Shown: positions 17,415-27,214, counted from the stretch's first letter. The stretch: 64,000 nucleotides of DNA from an uncultured Gammaproteobacteria bacterium (GCA_964408485.1 CAYOZJ010000003.1:65290-129289), one strand, 5' to 3'. A program made the numbers and translations. The notes: a model not told the origin generated them from the letters alone.

Positions 17415-20231
17415 ATGTTTGCACCAGTACAACAAGTCAGTAATTTCTCCGAAATCGAGGAGCGACTCATTGCGTATTGGAAGAAAAACAAAACATTTGA
17501 AAAATCTATTTCCAGCAGAGATCCGCATAAAAAATGGACATTTTTAGATGGCCCTCCCTTTATTACGGGTCTTCCTCACTACGGTACGCTTCTTGCAAGT
17601 ATTCCTAAAGATCTCTTCCCTCGCTATTGGACAATGAAAGGATATCAGGTGCGACGTGTTTGGGGATGGGATGTGCACGGTCTTCCTGCGGAAAATAAAG
17701 TAGAAAATAAATTAGGACTTAAGCGCAAAAAAGATATAGAGGAAAAAGTAGGAGTTAAGCAATTTATTGAGGAGTGTAAAAAATATGTGTCAGAGTCGTC
17801 CAAAGAATGGGAGTGGTATGTAGATCATATTGCGCGTTGGGTTGATTTTGAGCACGCTTACAAAACTATGGATATGACCTACATGGAGACTGTTATGTGG
17901 GTCTTTAAGCAAATGTATGATAAAGGACATATTTATAAAGGTCTTCGGGTAAGCCTGTATTGTCCACATTGCTCAACACCAATCTCCAATTTTGAAGTTG
18001 CAATGGATCCAGATAATTATCAGGATTTTACAGAGGAAGCAACAACCTATAAATATCAATTGGTGGATCAACCAGAAACATACATCTTAGCATGGTCCAC
18101 AACGCCATGGAATAAAATTGCCACGCCAGTGTTGGCGGTTAATCCAAGTTTGGAATACGTAAAAGTAAAGCAAGGAAAAGAAAATTATATTTTAGCTAAC
18201 ACAACATTAAAAATGCTCACAAATGAGCCGTACGAAGTTTTGGAAAAGATGAAAGGAAAGGATTTGGTTGGAAAGAAATTTGTCCCGCATTATGACTATT
18301 ACAAAGAAAATGTGGAAAGTGGACAAAAGGTTTTTGAAATTATTCCAGGAGATTTTGTTACAGCAGATGAAGGTACAGGCGTTGTTACGATTGGCGCGTA
18401 TGGAGAAGAAGATTTAAAAGTAATGAAAGAACAAAATACGTATATAGAGCTTCATTTGGATGATGAAGGAATTGTTAAAAAACATATTCCACTTTTTGGA
18501 GGCCAGTATTATTTAAAGGCAAATAAATTAGTAAATGAAGATTTGGACAAAAGGGGACTTATCTATAAAAACGATCCAATTACTCACAGACTTCCAACCT
18601 GTTGGCGATGCCACACGCGGCTCTACTATGCGCCACAAGATGCATGGTTTGTGAATGTGCAAGCACTTAAGCCTGCAATGAAGAAAACAAATGAATCTAT
18701 TAATTGGTTTCCAAAGCATTTTAAGTACGGTAGATTTCTTAAGTCTATGGAACACGCGCCGGATTGGAATATCTCACGGTCCAGATACTGGGGAAGTCCT
18801 GTTCCTGTTTGGGAATGTGAATGCGGAGAGCGATTCGTCCCTGGGAGTATTGCAGAATTGGAAAAAGCATCAGAACAAAAAATTACAGAACTCCATAAGC
18901 CAGAAATAGACGAAGTTACTATAACCTGCGCAAAGTGTAGTAAACGGGCGCATAGAGTCCCTGAGGTATTAGATAGCTGGATTGAGGCTGGTAGTGCATC
19001 TTTTGCTGAAAGACATTTCCCTTTTAACCAAACAGAAAAATTAGAAGAATTTTTCCCGCCTGATTTTATTGTTGAGTATACTGGGCAAATTCGGGCATGG
19101 TTTTATGTACTCCATGTTATTGGCGCAGCGTTATACGACAGCCCATCATTTAAAAATGTTGTGACAACAGGAGTAATTCTTGGGACAGATGGGAGAAAGA
19201 TGAGTAAAAACTATGGTAATTACCCAGATCCTAAAGAAATGCTTACAAAATACGGCGGAGATGCCCTGCGACTGTATCTTATGGGAAGTCCAATTATGCA
19301 TGGAGAGGATATTCTTATTTCAGAGCTTGCGTACAGAAATCAGGTAAGAGGATTTCTTCTTATTTTATGGAATTCCTACAATTATTTTATTACGTATGCG
19401 AATGAGTACGGATGGACTGCAAAGAGCAAAGAGCTTAGAGCAAAGAGTTCGAACGTTTTGGATCGATGGATTATCTCACGTTTAAATACTTTGAATAGAG
19501 TAGTTTCTGCTGCTATCGAAAGATACGATACTGTTGCAGGAATTGAAGCAGCGCAGGGTTTTGTTACCGAACTTTCAACATGGTACATACGACGAAGTCG
19601 CGATAGGGTATCTTTTTTGTCCGAGGATAAAGAAGATAAAGAAGCATTTTTTGAAACAACTCATCATGTGCTAGCCATACTTTCTCAAATATTAGCTCCT
19701 CTTGTCCCCTTTATAACAGAAGAAATATATAGAAATCTTACCAATGAAGAGTCGGTACATTTGACGTATTGGCCTGATGTTGAAGAAAAGCTCATTGATG
19801 AAAAATTAGAAGAGGAAATGGTAATTGCTCGAAAAATTGTAGAAATAACGCATGGACAAAGAAAAGAGGCAAATATCAAGCTTCGTCAGCCTTTGGGAAG
19901 TATAACAGTCACTGTCCCAACTGGTTTATCAAAGGAAGTTGCAGATGTTATTGCAGCTGAAGTAAACGTAAAGACGGTTACTGTGGATCCAGGAGAACAA
20001 TTAAGCGTTGTCTTAAATACAGATCTTACTTCTGAGCTTAAAGCAGAGGGAGAGGCAAGGGATATTGCCAGGTCAATTCAGGAAGAGCGAAAAAAACTTG
20101 GCACATCACTTACCGAAAAAGTTGTTGTTACCCTTCCTTCTTGGCCAAAGGAATATGAGGAATACATTTTAAAAAAAGCGGTTGTGGCAAAATTGACAAA
20201 AGGCGAGAAATTTAGTGTACAAAAAGCATAA
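17415..20231 (+). CDS. ileS: Isoleucine--tRNA ligase, type 2 (eukaryote/archaea-like)
   Basis: DGPPF.TGLPHYGT, GWDVHGLP, DWNISRSRYWG, KMSKN, WYIRRSR. Confidence 0.95.
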   Translation: MFAPVQQVSNFSEIEERLIAYWKKNKTFEKSISSRDPHKKWTFLDGPPFITGLPHYGTLLASIPKDLFPRYWTMKGYQVRRVWGWDVHGLPAENKVENKLGLKRKKDIEEKVGVKQFIEECKKYVSESSKEWEWYVDHIARWVDFEHAYKTMDMTYMETVMWVFKQMYDKGHIYKGLRVSLYCPHCSTPISNFEVAMDPDNYQDFTEEATTYKYQLVDQPETYILAWSTTPWNKIATPVLAVNPSLEYVKVKQGKENYILANTTLKMLTNEPYEVLEKMKGKDLVGKKFVPHYDYYKENVESGQKVFEIIPGDFVTADEGTGVVTIGAYGEEDLKVMKEQNTYIELHLDDEGIVKKHIPLFGGQYYLKANKLVNEDLDKRGLIYKNDPITHRLPTCWRCHTRLYYAPQDAWFVNVQALKPAMKKTNESINWFPKHFKYGRFLKSMEHAPDWNISRSRYWGSPVPVWECECGERFVPGSIAELEKASEQKITELHKPEIDEVTITCAKCSKRAHRVPEVLDSWIEAGSASFAERHFPFNQTEKLEEFFPPDFIVEYTGQIRAWFYVLHVIGAALYDSPSFKNVVTTGVILGTDGRKMSKNYGNYPDPKEMLTKYGGDALRLYLMGSPIMHGEDILISELAYRNQVRGFLLILWNSYNYFITYANEYGWTAKSKELRAKSSNVLDRWIISRLNTLNRVVSAAIERYDTVAGIEAAQGFVTELSTWYIRRSRDRVSFLSEDKEDKEAFFETTHHVLAILSQILAPLVPFITEEIYRNLTNEESVHLTYWPDVEEKLIDEKLEEEMVIARKIVEITHGQRKEANIKLRQPLGSITVTVPTGLSKEVADVIAAEVNVKTVTVDPGEQLSVVLNTDLTSELKAEGEARDIARSIQEERKKLGTSLTEKVVVTLPSWPKEYEEYILKKAVVAKLTKGEKFSVQKA
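19419..19446. repeat. In-frame heptamer array in ileS
   Basis: GCAAAGA GCAAAGA GCTTAGA GCAAAGA, encoding AKSKELRAK. Confidence 0.7.
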
Positions 20232-21307
20232 TGGGTGGATTTTTACGACGCATTGACCTTCAGTTAGTTATTCCTGTCGTTGTTTTGATACTCCTCAGTC
20301 TAACAACTCTTTTTTCCGTGAACCTCTCCTATTTTCGTAACCAGCTCCTCTTCTTTCTGTTATCGTTTGGTGTTTTTATTTTCTTTACTAATGTTGATTT
20401 CTCTTTTCTTAAAGAGTTGCAAAAGCCCATTTATATTATTTCCTTTTTAGGACTTTTATTTCTCCTTTTCTTGGGTTACGAGGCTCGGGGTGCTGCTCGG
20501 TGGTTGGATTTTTTTGGCCTCAGGCTTCAATTTTCTGAAGTCTTTAAGCCATTTCTGGCAATTGCATTAAGTGGATTTTTGGCAACACACAAAAAAAACA
20601 TGAGTAGTTTGGGAGTACTTCTTCTTTTCCTTCTTCCCATTGTTTTTCTTATTTATAAGCAGCCTGATTTGGGAAGTGCGCTTATGTATGCCTTTACAGC
20701 GTTTCTGACTCTTATGATTGTTGGTTTTCCTTTATGGTGGTTTGGCGCATTAGCAGCCGCTTCTGTTGCGCTTATTCCTCTTATTTTTCGCTTTCTTCAT
20801 GGATATCAACAGCAACGAATACTCACTTTTCTCCATCTTACCAATGATCCACTGGGTAGCTCATACAATAGTATTCAGGCAATTATTGCTGTAGGGTCGG
20901 GTATGCTTTTGGGAAAGGGACTTGGACAGGGGACACAGTCCAGCCTTCGCTTCCTGCCTGAGCAACATACAGATTTTATTTTTGCAACGCTTGCAGAGAG
21001 CTTAGGGTTTGTGGGTGCAGCTTTGGTAATCGTGGCTTTCGGATTCTTACTTTACCGGTTATACAAGATCGCTAAGCATACTGGGGACAAAACAGAGAAA
21101 ATCTTTGTGATTACTACATTTAGCCTGCTTTTCTTGCAATTTTTTATTAATGTAGGCATGAATATTGGTCTCTTGCCAATTGTTGGTGTCCCACTTCCTT
21201 TTGTTTCGTATGGAGGCAGCTCGCTTTTATCGAACGCTATTTTTCTGGGAATTGCCTCAAATATCGGCACCAACCGCCGTAATAACCTGACCCTGGAAAT
21301 AGGCTGA
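20231..21307 (+). CDS. rodA: SEDS family peptidoglycan polymerase (RodA/FtsW)
   Basis: GAARW, QFSE, QPDLG, LPEQHTDFIF, PFVSYGGSS. Confidence 0.9.
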   Translation: MGGFLRRIDLQLVIPVVVLILLSLTTLFSVNLSYFRNQLLFFLLSFGVFIFFTNVDFSFLKELQKPIYIISFLGLLFLLFLGYEARGAARWLDFFGLRLQFSEVFKPFLAIALSGFLATHKKNMSSLGVLLLFLLPIVFLIYKQPDLGSALMYAFTAFLTLMIVGFPLWWFGALAAASVALIPLIFRFLHGYQQQRILTFLHLTNDPLGSSYNSIQAIIAVGSGMLLGKGLGQGTQSSLRFLPEQHTDFIFATLAESLGFVGAALVIVAFGFLLYRLYKIAKHTGDKTEKIFVITTFSLLFLQFFINVGMNIGLLPIVGVPLPFVSYGGSSLLSNAIFLGIASNIGTNRRNNLTLEIG

Positions 21308-21329
21308 AAGCTTTGCTATAATAAGACAC

Positions 21330-21653
21330 ATGAAATACGCAGTCGTCTTAAGTGGAGGCAAGCAATATAAAGTTTCTGAAGGGGATACCCTCGCTGTCGA
21401 AAAATTGAGCGCAAAACCCAATGATTCCTACACATTTGAACAGGTTTTGCTTGTTGTGGATGGAGATAAAAAGCAAGTCGGTACACCAAACGTTGCAGGC
21501 GTTAGTGTTGTTGCAACTGTTATTGCAGACAAAAAAACACCAAAGGTGCGGGTTGCTAAATTTAAAGCAAAGGCAAAGTATAGACGTGTCACAGGACACA
21601 GACAAATTATGACTCATGTGAAGATAGAAAAAATTTCGTCCAAAGGACGATAG
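21330..21653 (+). CDS. rplU: 50S ribosomal protein L21
   Basis: YAVVLSGGKQYKV, GHRQ. Confidence 0.98.
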   Translation: MKYAVVLSGGKQYKVSEGDTLAVEKLSAKPNDSYTFEQVLLVVDGDKKQVGTPNVAGVSVVATVIADKKTPKVRVAKFKAKAKYRRVTGHRQIMTHVKIEKISSKGR

Positions 21654-21729
21654 GCCTTTGGCCTAGGTGAAAGTAAAACTTGACAGGCTGTGAAAAATCC
21701 TGTAAAACTAAAATAGTTTTCACAAACAT

Positions 21730-21975
21730 ATGGCACATACAAAAGCAGGTGGATCAACAAATAATAATAGAGACTCAGTTGCAAAGCGCTTAGGCGTAAA
21801 GATTTATGGTGGACAACAGACAAAAGTTGGCAGTATTATTGTCCGCCAAAAAGGTACTAAATTTCACCCAGGGAAAAATGTAAAACTTGGAAAAGACTAC
21901 ACTATTTACGCAATGACAGAAGGAAAAGTGGCATTTCGAGCAGCAAAAGGTAAAGCAGTTGTTGATGTAGTATAA
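21730..21975 (+). CDS. rpmA: 50S ribosomal protein L27
   Basis: [21 protein letters not shown]. Confidence 0.98.
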   Translation: MAHTKAGGSTNNNRDSVAKRLGVKIYGGQQTKVGSIIVRQKGTKFHPGKNVKLGKDYTIYAMTEGKVAFRAAKGKAVVDVV

Positions 21976-22808
21976 TGGACGAAGAAAGAATTTACGAATT
22001 AGAAGCAAGTGTTATTCAGTTTAACCCCCTTCAGCCACGAGGCGCTATTTCACCAGATTCTCTTAATGAGTTAGTTGATTCCATTCGTGAGCAAGGAATT
22101 CTTGAGCCCTTAGTTGTTGCTAAGACACCAGCTGGATATCAATTGATTGCAGGAGAGCGTCGTCTTCGAGCAGCGAAGGTATTGGGTCTTGAGAAAGTAC
22201 CTGTTGTTGTTAAGGTTACTACTCCTCAAGGCATACTCGAAATGTCTATTGTTGAAAACGTACAGCGTGAAGACCTTAATCCAATAGAAAAAGCTTTAGC
22301 ATACAAGAGGCTTATCGATGAATTTGGTCTTGGGACAAATGAAGTAGCGCGTCGTGTTGGTAAATCTGCGCCTGCAGTCAGCAATACAATTCGCCTTCTC
22401 TCATTGCCCGATGCAATTAAAGATGCGCTTGTTGCAGGAGTAATTACCGAAGGACACGTACGACCACTTATTTCTCTTGGAGATCCAACCCTTATGCTGG
22501 ATTTATTTAAGAAAATCCTCAGGGAAAATAGTACAGTGCGCCAAACAGAAGAAATGGCACGAAAAATTAAGGCAACAGTTGAGAAAAAAGATCCACATTC
22601 GGTAAAGACAAAAATCTATATTCCTGAGCTTTTAGAAATGGCAGAGCAACTTAAGAAGACATTAGAATTGGACGCTGTTGACCTCTTTCAGACTCAGAAA
22701 AAGGCTAGATTTGTTATAGAAATGAAAGGGACACCTGAGCTGACAACACCAAAAATAAAAGATTTAGTTGCAAAGTTAGGTGGAGAAGTTAAAGAAACTT
22801 CAGTATAA
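21975..22808 (+). CDS. parB: ParB/Spo0J chromosome partitioning protein
   Basis: NPLQPR, LIAGERRLRA, ENVQREDLNPIE, HTH. Confidence 0.95.
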   Translation: MDEERIYELEASVIQFNPLQPRGAISPDSLNELVDSIREQGILEPLVVAKTPAGYQLIAGERRLRAAKVLGLEKVPVVVKVTTPQGILEMSIVENVQREDLNPIEKALAYKRLIDEFGLGTNEVARRVGKSAPAVSNTIRLLSLPDAIKDALVAGVITEGHVRPLISLGDPTLMLDLFKKILRENSTVRQTEEMARKIKATVEKKDPHSVKTKIYIPELLEMAEQLKKTLELDAVDLFQTQKKARFVIEMKGTPELTTPKIKDLVAKLGGEVKETSV

Positions 22809-23390
22809 CTATTTGTTTGCTGCCACAGGATTATTTACTCCTCGGATTTCATTAAGCGGCCAGTAGACAAGCATGGACTTGCCAATAATATTTGCTGTAG
22901 GGACAAATCCCCATTCACGCGAATCAGAGCTATATGGTCTATTGTCTCCCATAACAAAATATTCATTGTCTGGGACGGTTACTGTTTCACTGTCTTTTAA
23001 GAATGTGCCGCCATATGTCTTCACAGACTCGTCTAAATAACTGCTTTCATCGTATAAATTTCCATTTACATAGACGCTGCCATTATTTACCATAATCGTA
23101 TCGCCTGGTAGTCCTACAACGCGCTTAATAAAGTCTTTGTCAGGTTCTGGCGGTGCCTTAAAAACAATAACATCACCTTTTGCAACTGGGCCAAAGCGAA
23201 GGGTAATAAGATTGGTTAGGACGTATTCTTTATCATGAAAATTAGGAAACATGGATTGTCCACTTACTTCAAATGGTCTAAAAAGGAAGATATAAATAAC
23301 CAAAAAAACAGCAGCTGCAATAAGAATGCTTTGGAGTGTGTCAACAAGAAAAAACCACAGTTTTTTGAGCAAAAACATAGACTTATCCAT
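22809..23390 (-). CDS. lepB: Signal peptidase I
   Basis: SGQSMFP, FIKRVVGLPGD, MGDNR..SSDSR.WG. Confidence 0.96.
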   Translation of the reverse strand: MDKSMFLLKKLWFFLVDTLQSILIAAAVFLVIYIFLFRPFEVSGQSMFPNFHDKEYVLTNLITLRFGPVAKGDVIVFKAPPEPDKDFIKRVVGLPGDTIMVNNGSVYVNGNLYDESSYLDESVKTYGGTFLKDSETVTVPDNEYFVMGDNRPYSSDSREWGFVPTANIIGKSMLVYWPLNEIRGVNNPVAANK

Positions 23391-23449
23391 TGTCGCAACT
23401 CATATTAGCTTTGTCAACGATGGTTATTTCTGGTAAAATCGAAGCTATT

Positions 23450-23523
23450 GGATCTGTAGTTCAGTTGGTTAGAACGTTCGATTCACATTCGAAAGGTCAG
23501 AGGTTCGAGTCCTCTCAGGTCCA
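23450..23523 (+). tRNA. tRNA-Val(CAC)
   Basis: Full cloverleaf: GGATCTG/CAGGTCC acceptor, TTCGA-TTCACAT-TCGAA anticodon arm, AGAGG-TTCGAGT-CCTCT T arm; CCA not encoded. Confidence 0.93.
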
Positions 23524-23645
23524 CTGAAAAAGTTTTTTGCCCTTGGGCAAGAAACTTTTTATTAGCACTTAGGACTCGAATGGCGGACTGAAGCGAAGCG
23601 TAAGGAGCCGGGGTCGCGAGGGTCGCCGCTGCGACAACTTGTGAC

Positions 23646-23665
23646 CGAGTCCTCTCAGGTCCACT
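23646..23665 (+). repeat. 20-bp direct repeat of the tRNA-Val 3' end (att-like)
   Basis: CGAGTCCTCTCAGGTCCACT is identical to 23506-23525. Confidence 0.9.
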
Positions 23666-23666
23666 T

Positions 23667-23723
23667 GTCTCAGGCTTTCCGCCGTAGTTTTAGCAAAGGA
23701 GGATTCGAGGCCTGATTGGTCCA
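23667..23723 (+). repeat. Degenerate tRNA 3' half with a palindromic element inserted in its T arm
   Basis: GTCTCAGG-[CTTTCCGCCGTAGTTTTAGCAAAGGAGGA]-TTCGAGGCCTGATTGGTCCA, compared with GTCTCAGGTTCGAGTTCTGATGGGACCA at 24348. Confidence 0.65.
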
Positions 23724-23733
23724 CAGAAAGCTA

Positions 23734-24231
23734 TTATGTTTTGGGATTAGGTTTCTTACCCCGTTTCCCTGGCAAGTCATAGTCCCTTCGTAGCCTATAC
23801 CTTGTTGTCGGAGGCATAGGCGTGGTGTTGACGAAGGCTGCTCTTTCATCCTGAGGAAGTGCGTCTAGTGCATTGTGCAATCTTTGGATTTCTCCTCTTT
23901 TGGGTAGTCCAGGCGGTTTGGGAGTAAATCCATATTCCCTAAGTAACCTTGTTCTTAGGGTGGAAGGAGCATGCGCACTATAAATATATGCCTCTTTTTC
24001 ATCTTGAGGAAGTGCATCTAGCGTTTCTCGCAATTCTTGGGTTTTCCCCCTTCTCGGGCTACCCCTTCTTGGCCTAACATCAATCTCATATTGTCTACTT
24101 AACCTTCTTCTGGTCTCATGATGCAATGGAAGTGTAGCAAGTATTTGTCTTCTTTCATCCTCTGATTTTCCAACAAGAAGTGCCTCAGCCTCGCTTTTAG
24201 ACATATATGGAGATTCAAGATTATCTGTCAT
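23734..24231 (-). CDS. Basic protein with three ~51-aa tandem repeats
   Basis: LDALPQDE...R.RL.R.Y...RG repeated; DNA repeat with 153-bp period. Confidence 0.75.
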   Translation of the reverse strand: MTDNLESPYMSKSEAEALLVGKSEDERRQILATLPLHHETRRRLSRQYEIDVRPRRGSPRRGKTQELRETLDALPQDEKEAYIYSAHAPSTLRTRLLREYGFTPKPPGLPKRGEIQRLHNALDALPQDERAAFVNTTPMPPTTRYRLRRDYDLPGKRGKKPNPKT

Positions 24232-24302
24232 TTTGGGAATTATACTTCACCCATAATGTTGTTGCAACAAACGTTAAAGATAATTTACGATTGAATCCAA
24301 AT

Positions 24303-24375
24303 ATCCATAAGAGTTCAGTTGGTAGAGGCTTCATTCACATTGAAGAGGTCTCAGGTTCGAGTTCTGATGGGACCA
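24303..24375 (+). pseudogene. Degenerate tRNA-Val(CAC)
   Basis: AGTTCAGTTGGTAGA D arm, CTTCA-TTCACAT-TGAAG anticodon arm, TCAGG-TTCGAGT-TCTGA T arm, TGGGACCA; the 5' acceptor strand is decayed. Confidence 0.75.
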
Positions 24376-24377
24376 CA

Positions 24378-26114
24378 CTAATGAGTAAGAAGGTATGTAA
24401 TATCACTAACAAGTGTTTGGTAGACTGTATCAGAAATTGTGTGATTACCATTCCAAATAATAAGCTTTATTAGTAGTTCTGCAAGTTCTATTTTCTCTTG
24501 AACAATGTGGTGTTTGTCATATTGATTTTTTGCATCATTAATTTGATCAAGCAGTTCATGACAAGTATTCTTCTTGATTTGATTTTGTTGGCAAAAAGTA
24601 TTTATGTCAGTATACATATTGTCAAAAACACTCTGTTTCTTAATTGAATCTTGTTTGTCATTGGTTTTGGTGTAGTTGATGGTGAAGTTGTCGGGATTAT
24701 TCTGATTGCCAGAACCTGCAAGATCAAAAACCTGGACATTTCCTGACGTGTCATAAACGTATGCCTGCGCATCGTACGGGGTGTTAGAAGCATTAGTAAT
24801 TGTTAGATTGTAGATATCGTTTCCAGGTTGAGTTAGATAAAAAAGCTTTATTGGTAAACCGCTTAAAAGTGACGGATTTGTTGGGTTACTTAGGGGTTGT
24901 TGTACGAATTCTTCACCAACTGCGCTTCCTGAGGAATTTTTCATACTAAAGTCTAATCCCAAAGGTCCAACAAGTAAAATATAAGAAAGATCTGTGTGAG
25001 AAGGAATAAAACGTCCTAAAGTTAAAAAGGTATTATTGTATCCATCATTGAGAGTATTCCTGGAGAAATATGGGTCATTAATTGTAAAGGTTGTTCCACT
25101 TGTGCCTGTTGCAACAACAAAATGCCCAGGTTGCTCGAGAATATCTGGATGATTATTCTGTAAGTCACTGAGCAAGGTAACTTTATCTGCATTTTTTACC
25201 CTTTTATATTCCAACGCATCAGCAGTAAATCCTGGGTTATTAAAAGCAAGTTTGACAAGTTGGGTAAAACGTTGGAGTGCAAGCCAGTTAACAAGTCCAT
25301 TGCCAACATATCCGTCTTTTTGTGACTTAAGCCATGTATTAAGTGTTCCGGGATTAAGAGGGCTATTGTCTGGCATCTTGGTAATGCCGTTATATTGTAA
25401 AACCATTGCAGCAGATGTAACAGCACATCCCCAGATATTAATACTTGAATTACCTGGAGACCACTTATTTGCGCTGTCATATAATTGTGATTGCCAGGGG
25501 TTAGATGTCTGCTTAAGAGAGGGAACAGAGAGATGAATGTCAGAGATTGGAAGCGTATCAATAACCAGCATATTAGTAATTATTGTTCCGGATTTTGCCT
25601 CAAAACCAAAATATCCTCCTGTATGACCTGAATAAACTTTAGTACCGATCAATGAAGAATCTAGATAGAATGAATATGTGTCAGTGTTTTTGCAAATCTT
25701 GTAATTATGAAAACTTCCCATGCCTGGAGTATTAACTCCGAGATCAATGTCGGTAGAATTTGATGCATATGCATGCAGATGTCCATCACTTACACCTAGA
25801 GTTCCTGATGCTGCAAAACCAACCCATGATGTATAGTTTCCATCTGCGAAAAATATACCATCCCTAATATTATGTATATCTATATTTGCCGAAATACACT
25901 TCATGGTTGGGAGAGTCGTAGTGTAGAAAGCGTCAGTTCCTGTACATGTTAAACCAGATGCGCTGGGTGAACATGTACCAAATGTTTCGCTGAAACCTGA
26001 ATAGTTTAATGTAAAATCATTGGAGTATAGGGTTGCAGCTAGTGACGTTGAAGGAAAAGTAAGAAACAGAACGAATAGTAAAAGTATCTTTGGTAGCAGA
26101 TAATTTTTTTTCAC
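24378..26114 (-). CDS. Secreted protein with a peptidase C39-like domain
   Basis: Signal peptide, beta-rich N-domain, LKQ...WGCAVTSAAMVL, GHFVV, INDP (Cys-His-Asp). Confidence 0.8.
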   Translation of the reverse strand: MKKNYLLPKILLLFVLFLTFPSTSLAATLYSNDFTLNYSGFSETFGTCSPSASGLTCTGTDAFYTTTLPTMKCISANIDIHNIRDGIFFADGNYTSWVGFAASGTLGVSDGHLHAYASNSTDIDLGVNTPGMGSFHNYKICKNTDTYSFYLDSSLIGTKVYSGHTGGYFGFEAKSGTIITNMLVIDTLPISDIHLSVPSLKQTSNPWQSQLYDSANKWSPGNSSINIWGCAVTSAAMVLQYNGITKMPDNSPLNPGTLNTWLKSQKDGYVGNGLVNWLALQRFTQLVKLAFNNPGFTADALEYKRVKNADKVTLLSDLQNNHPDILEQPGHFVVATGTSGTTFTINDPYFSRNTLNDGYNNTFLTLGRFIPSHTDLSYILLVGPLGLDFSMKNSSGSAVGEEFVQQPLSNPTNPSLLSGLPIKLFYLTQPGNDIYNLTITNASNTPYDAQAYVYDTSGNVQVFDLAGSGNQNNPDNFTINYTKTNDKQDSIKKQSVFDNMYTDINTFCQQNQIKKNTCHELLDQINDAKNQYDKHHIVQEKIELAELLIKLIIWNGNHTISDTVYQTLVSDITYLLTH

Positions 26115-26212
26115 AATTAAACAACTTAGTTTATATTACCATCACTTTTGTGTTTAATGTCAAGTGGTATTCATTATTGTGTAGATACTATGGATACTGT
26201 ATTATTTCCTCT

Positions 26213-26902
26213 ATGATTAAATACCAAGGTTTATCTACATTGGAAATTCTTGAAGTTGCAAAAAATTATAATAAGTGGATTGCGGAGCAGTGTCTACAAC
26301 ATATTAAATCACCGCTTTTAGAAGTTGGGTCTGGTACTGGAAATATTAGCAAATTCTTTTTGAGTAAGAAGGGAGTGACGCTAAGCGATATTGATGCAGG
26401 ACTTGTAAAAACGTTAAAAAAGAAGTTTTCTCAGAAATCTGTATCTATTCAAAAAATAGATATTTCAAAAAAATTAACAAAAAGAAATAAATATCAGACA
26501 ATAGTTGCCATTAATGTGTTAGAGCACATCCAAGATGACAAAAAAGCAATTAAAAATATGCATGCGCTTTTACAAAAAGGAGGAAAAATAATACTTCTCG
26601 TGCCAGCTAAAAAGTTTGCTTATACAGAATTTGATAGACTTCTTGGACATCATCGCAGATACGAAAAAGAAAAGTTAAAAAAGTTAACTGAAAAATCCGG
26701 ATTTATTACAGAAAAGATTTATTACTTTAACTTTGTTGGGCTGTGGAGTTGGATACTTCGTAGTAAGATGGAAAAATCACATAGTCTAAAACCATACCAA
26801 GTTGCTATATTCGATAAAATTGTTCCATATCTAAAAGTTATAGAAAAAGTAATACCGGTTCCGGTTGGTGTATCGCTTATTCTAGTTGGAGTTAAGAAGT
26901 AA
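26213..26902 (+). CDS. Class I SAM-dependent methyltransferase
   Basis: LEVGSGTG, NVLEHI, LLVPA, GHHRRY. Confidence 0.9.
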   Translation: MIKYQGLSTLEILEVAKNYNKWIAEQCLQHIKSPLLEVGSGTGNISKFFLSKKGVTLSDIDAGLVKTLKKKFSQKSVSIQKIDISKKLTKRNKYQTIVAINVLEHIQDDKKAIKNMHALLQKGGKIILLVPAKKFAYTEFDRLLGHHRRYEKEKLKKLTEKSGFITEKIYYFNFVGLWSWILRSKMEKSHSLKPYQVAIFDKIVPYLKVIEKVIPVPVGVSLILVGVKK

Positions 26903-27214
26903 TTATTTTAGTTTTTTAAGGAGAAAAGGAATAAGAGCTATTTGTGTGACAGTAGCTATAATTAAAAGATTTCCCATTCCACTCTGAAGACTATTTGTAT
27001 CTGTAATTATTTGTTGAATTAATTGTGTTCCATTAATTCTTTCATGTCCTCTAAAACAATCAAAAAATTGTTTGGTATTTCCTAATTGGTAGCATCTGCT
27101 TGTGACACGTGTTGTACTAGTAGTATTTTGTTTTATCCCTTCTATAGGATATCCAATAAAAAGAAACAAAAGTGGAGAAATTAAAAATAAAACAAGAAAT
27201 ATTTTTTTATACAT
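26903..27214 (-). CDS. Small two-TM hypothetical protein
   Basis: Overlaps the stop of the upstream gene; TM helices at both ends; Cys pair in the loop. Confidence 0.6.
   Translation of the reverse strand: MYKKIFLVLFLISPLLFLFIGYPIEGIKQNTTSTTRVTSRCYQLGNTKQFFDCFRGHERINGTQLIQQIITDTNSLQSGMGNLLIIATVTQIALIPFLLKKLK

Noticed and set aside
17309-17491. Apparent head-to-head overlap of prs and ileS
   Set aside because: Artefact of longest-ORF calling; promoter geometry supports starts at 17308 and 17415 with no overlap
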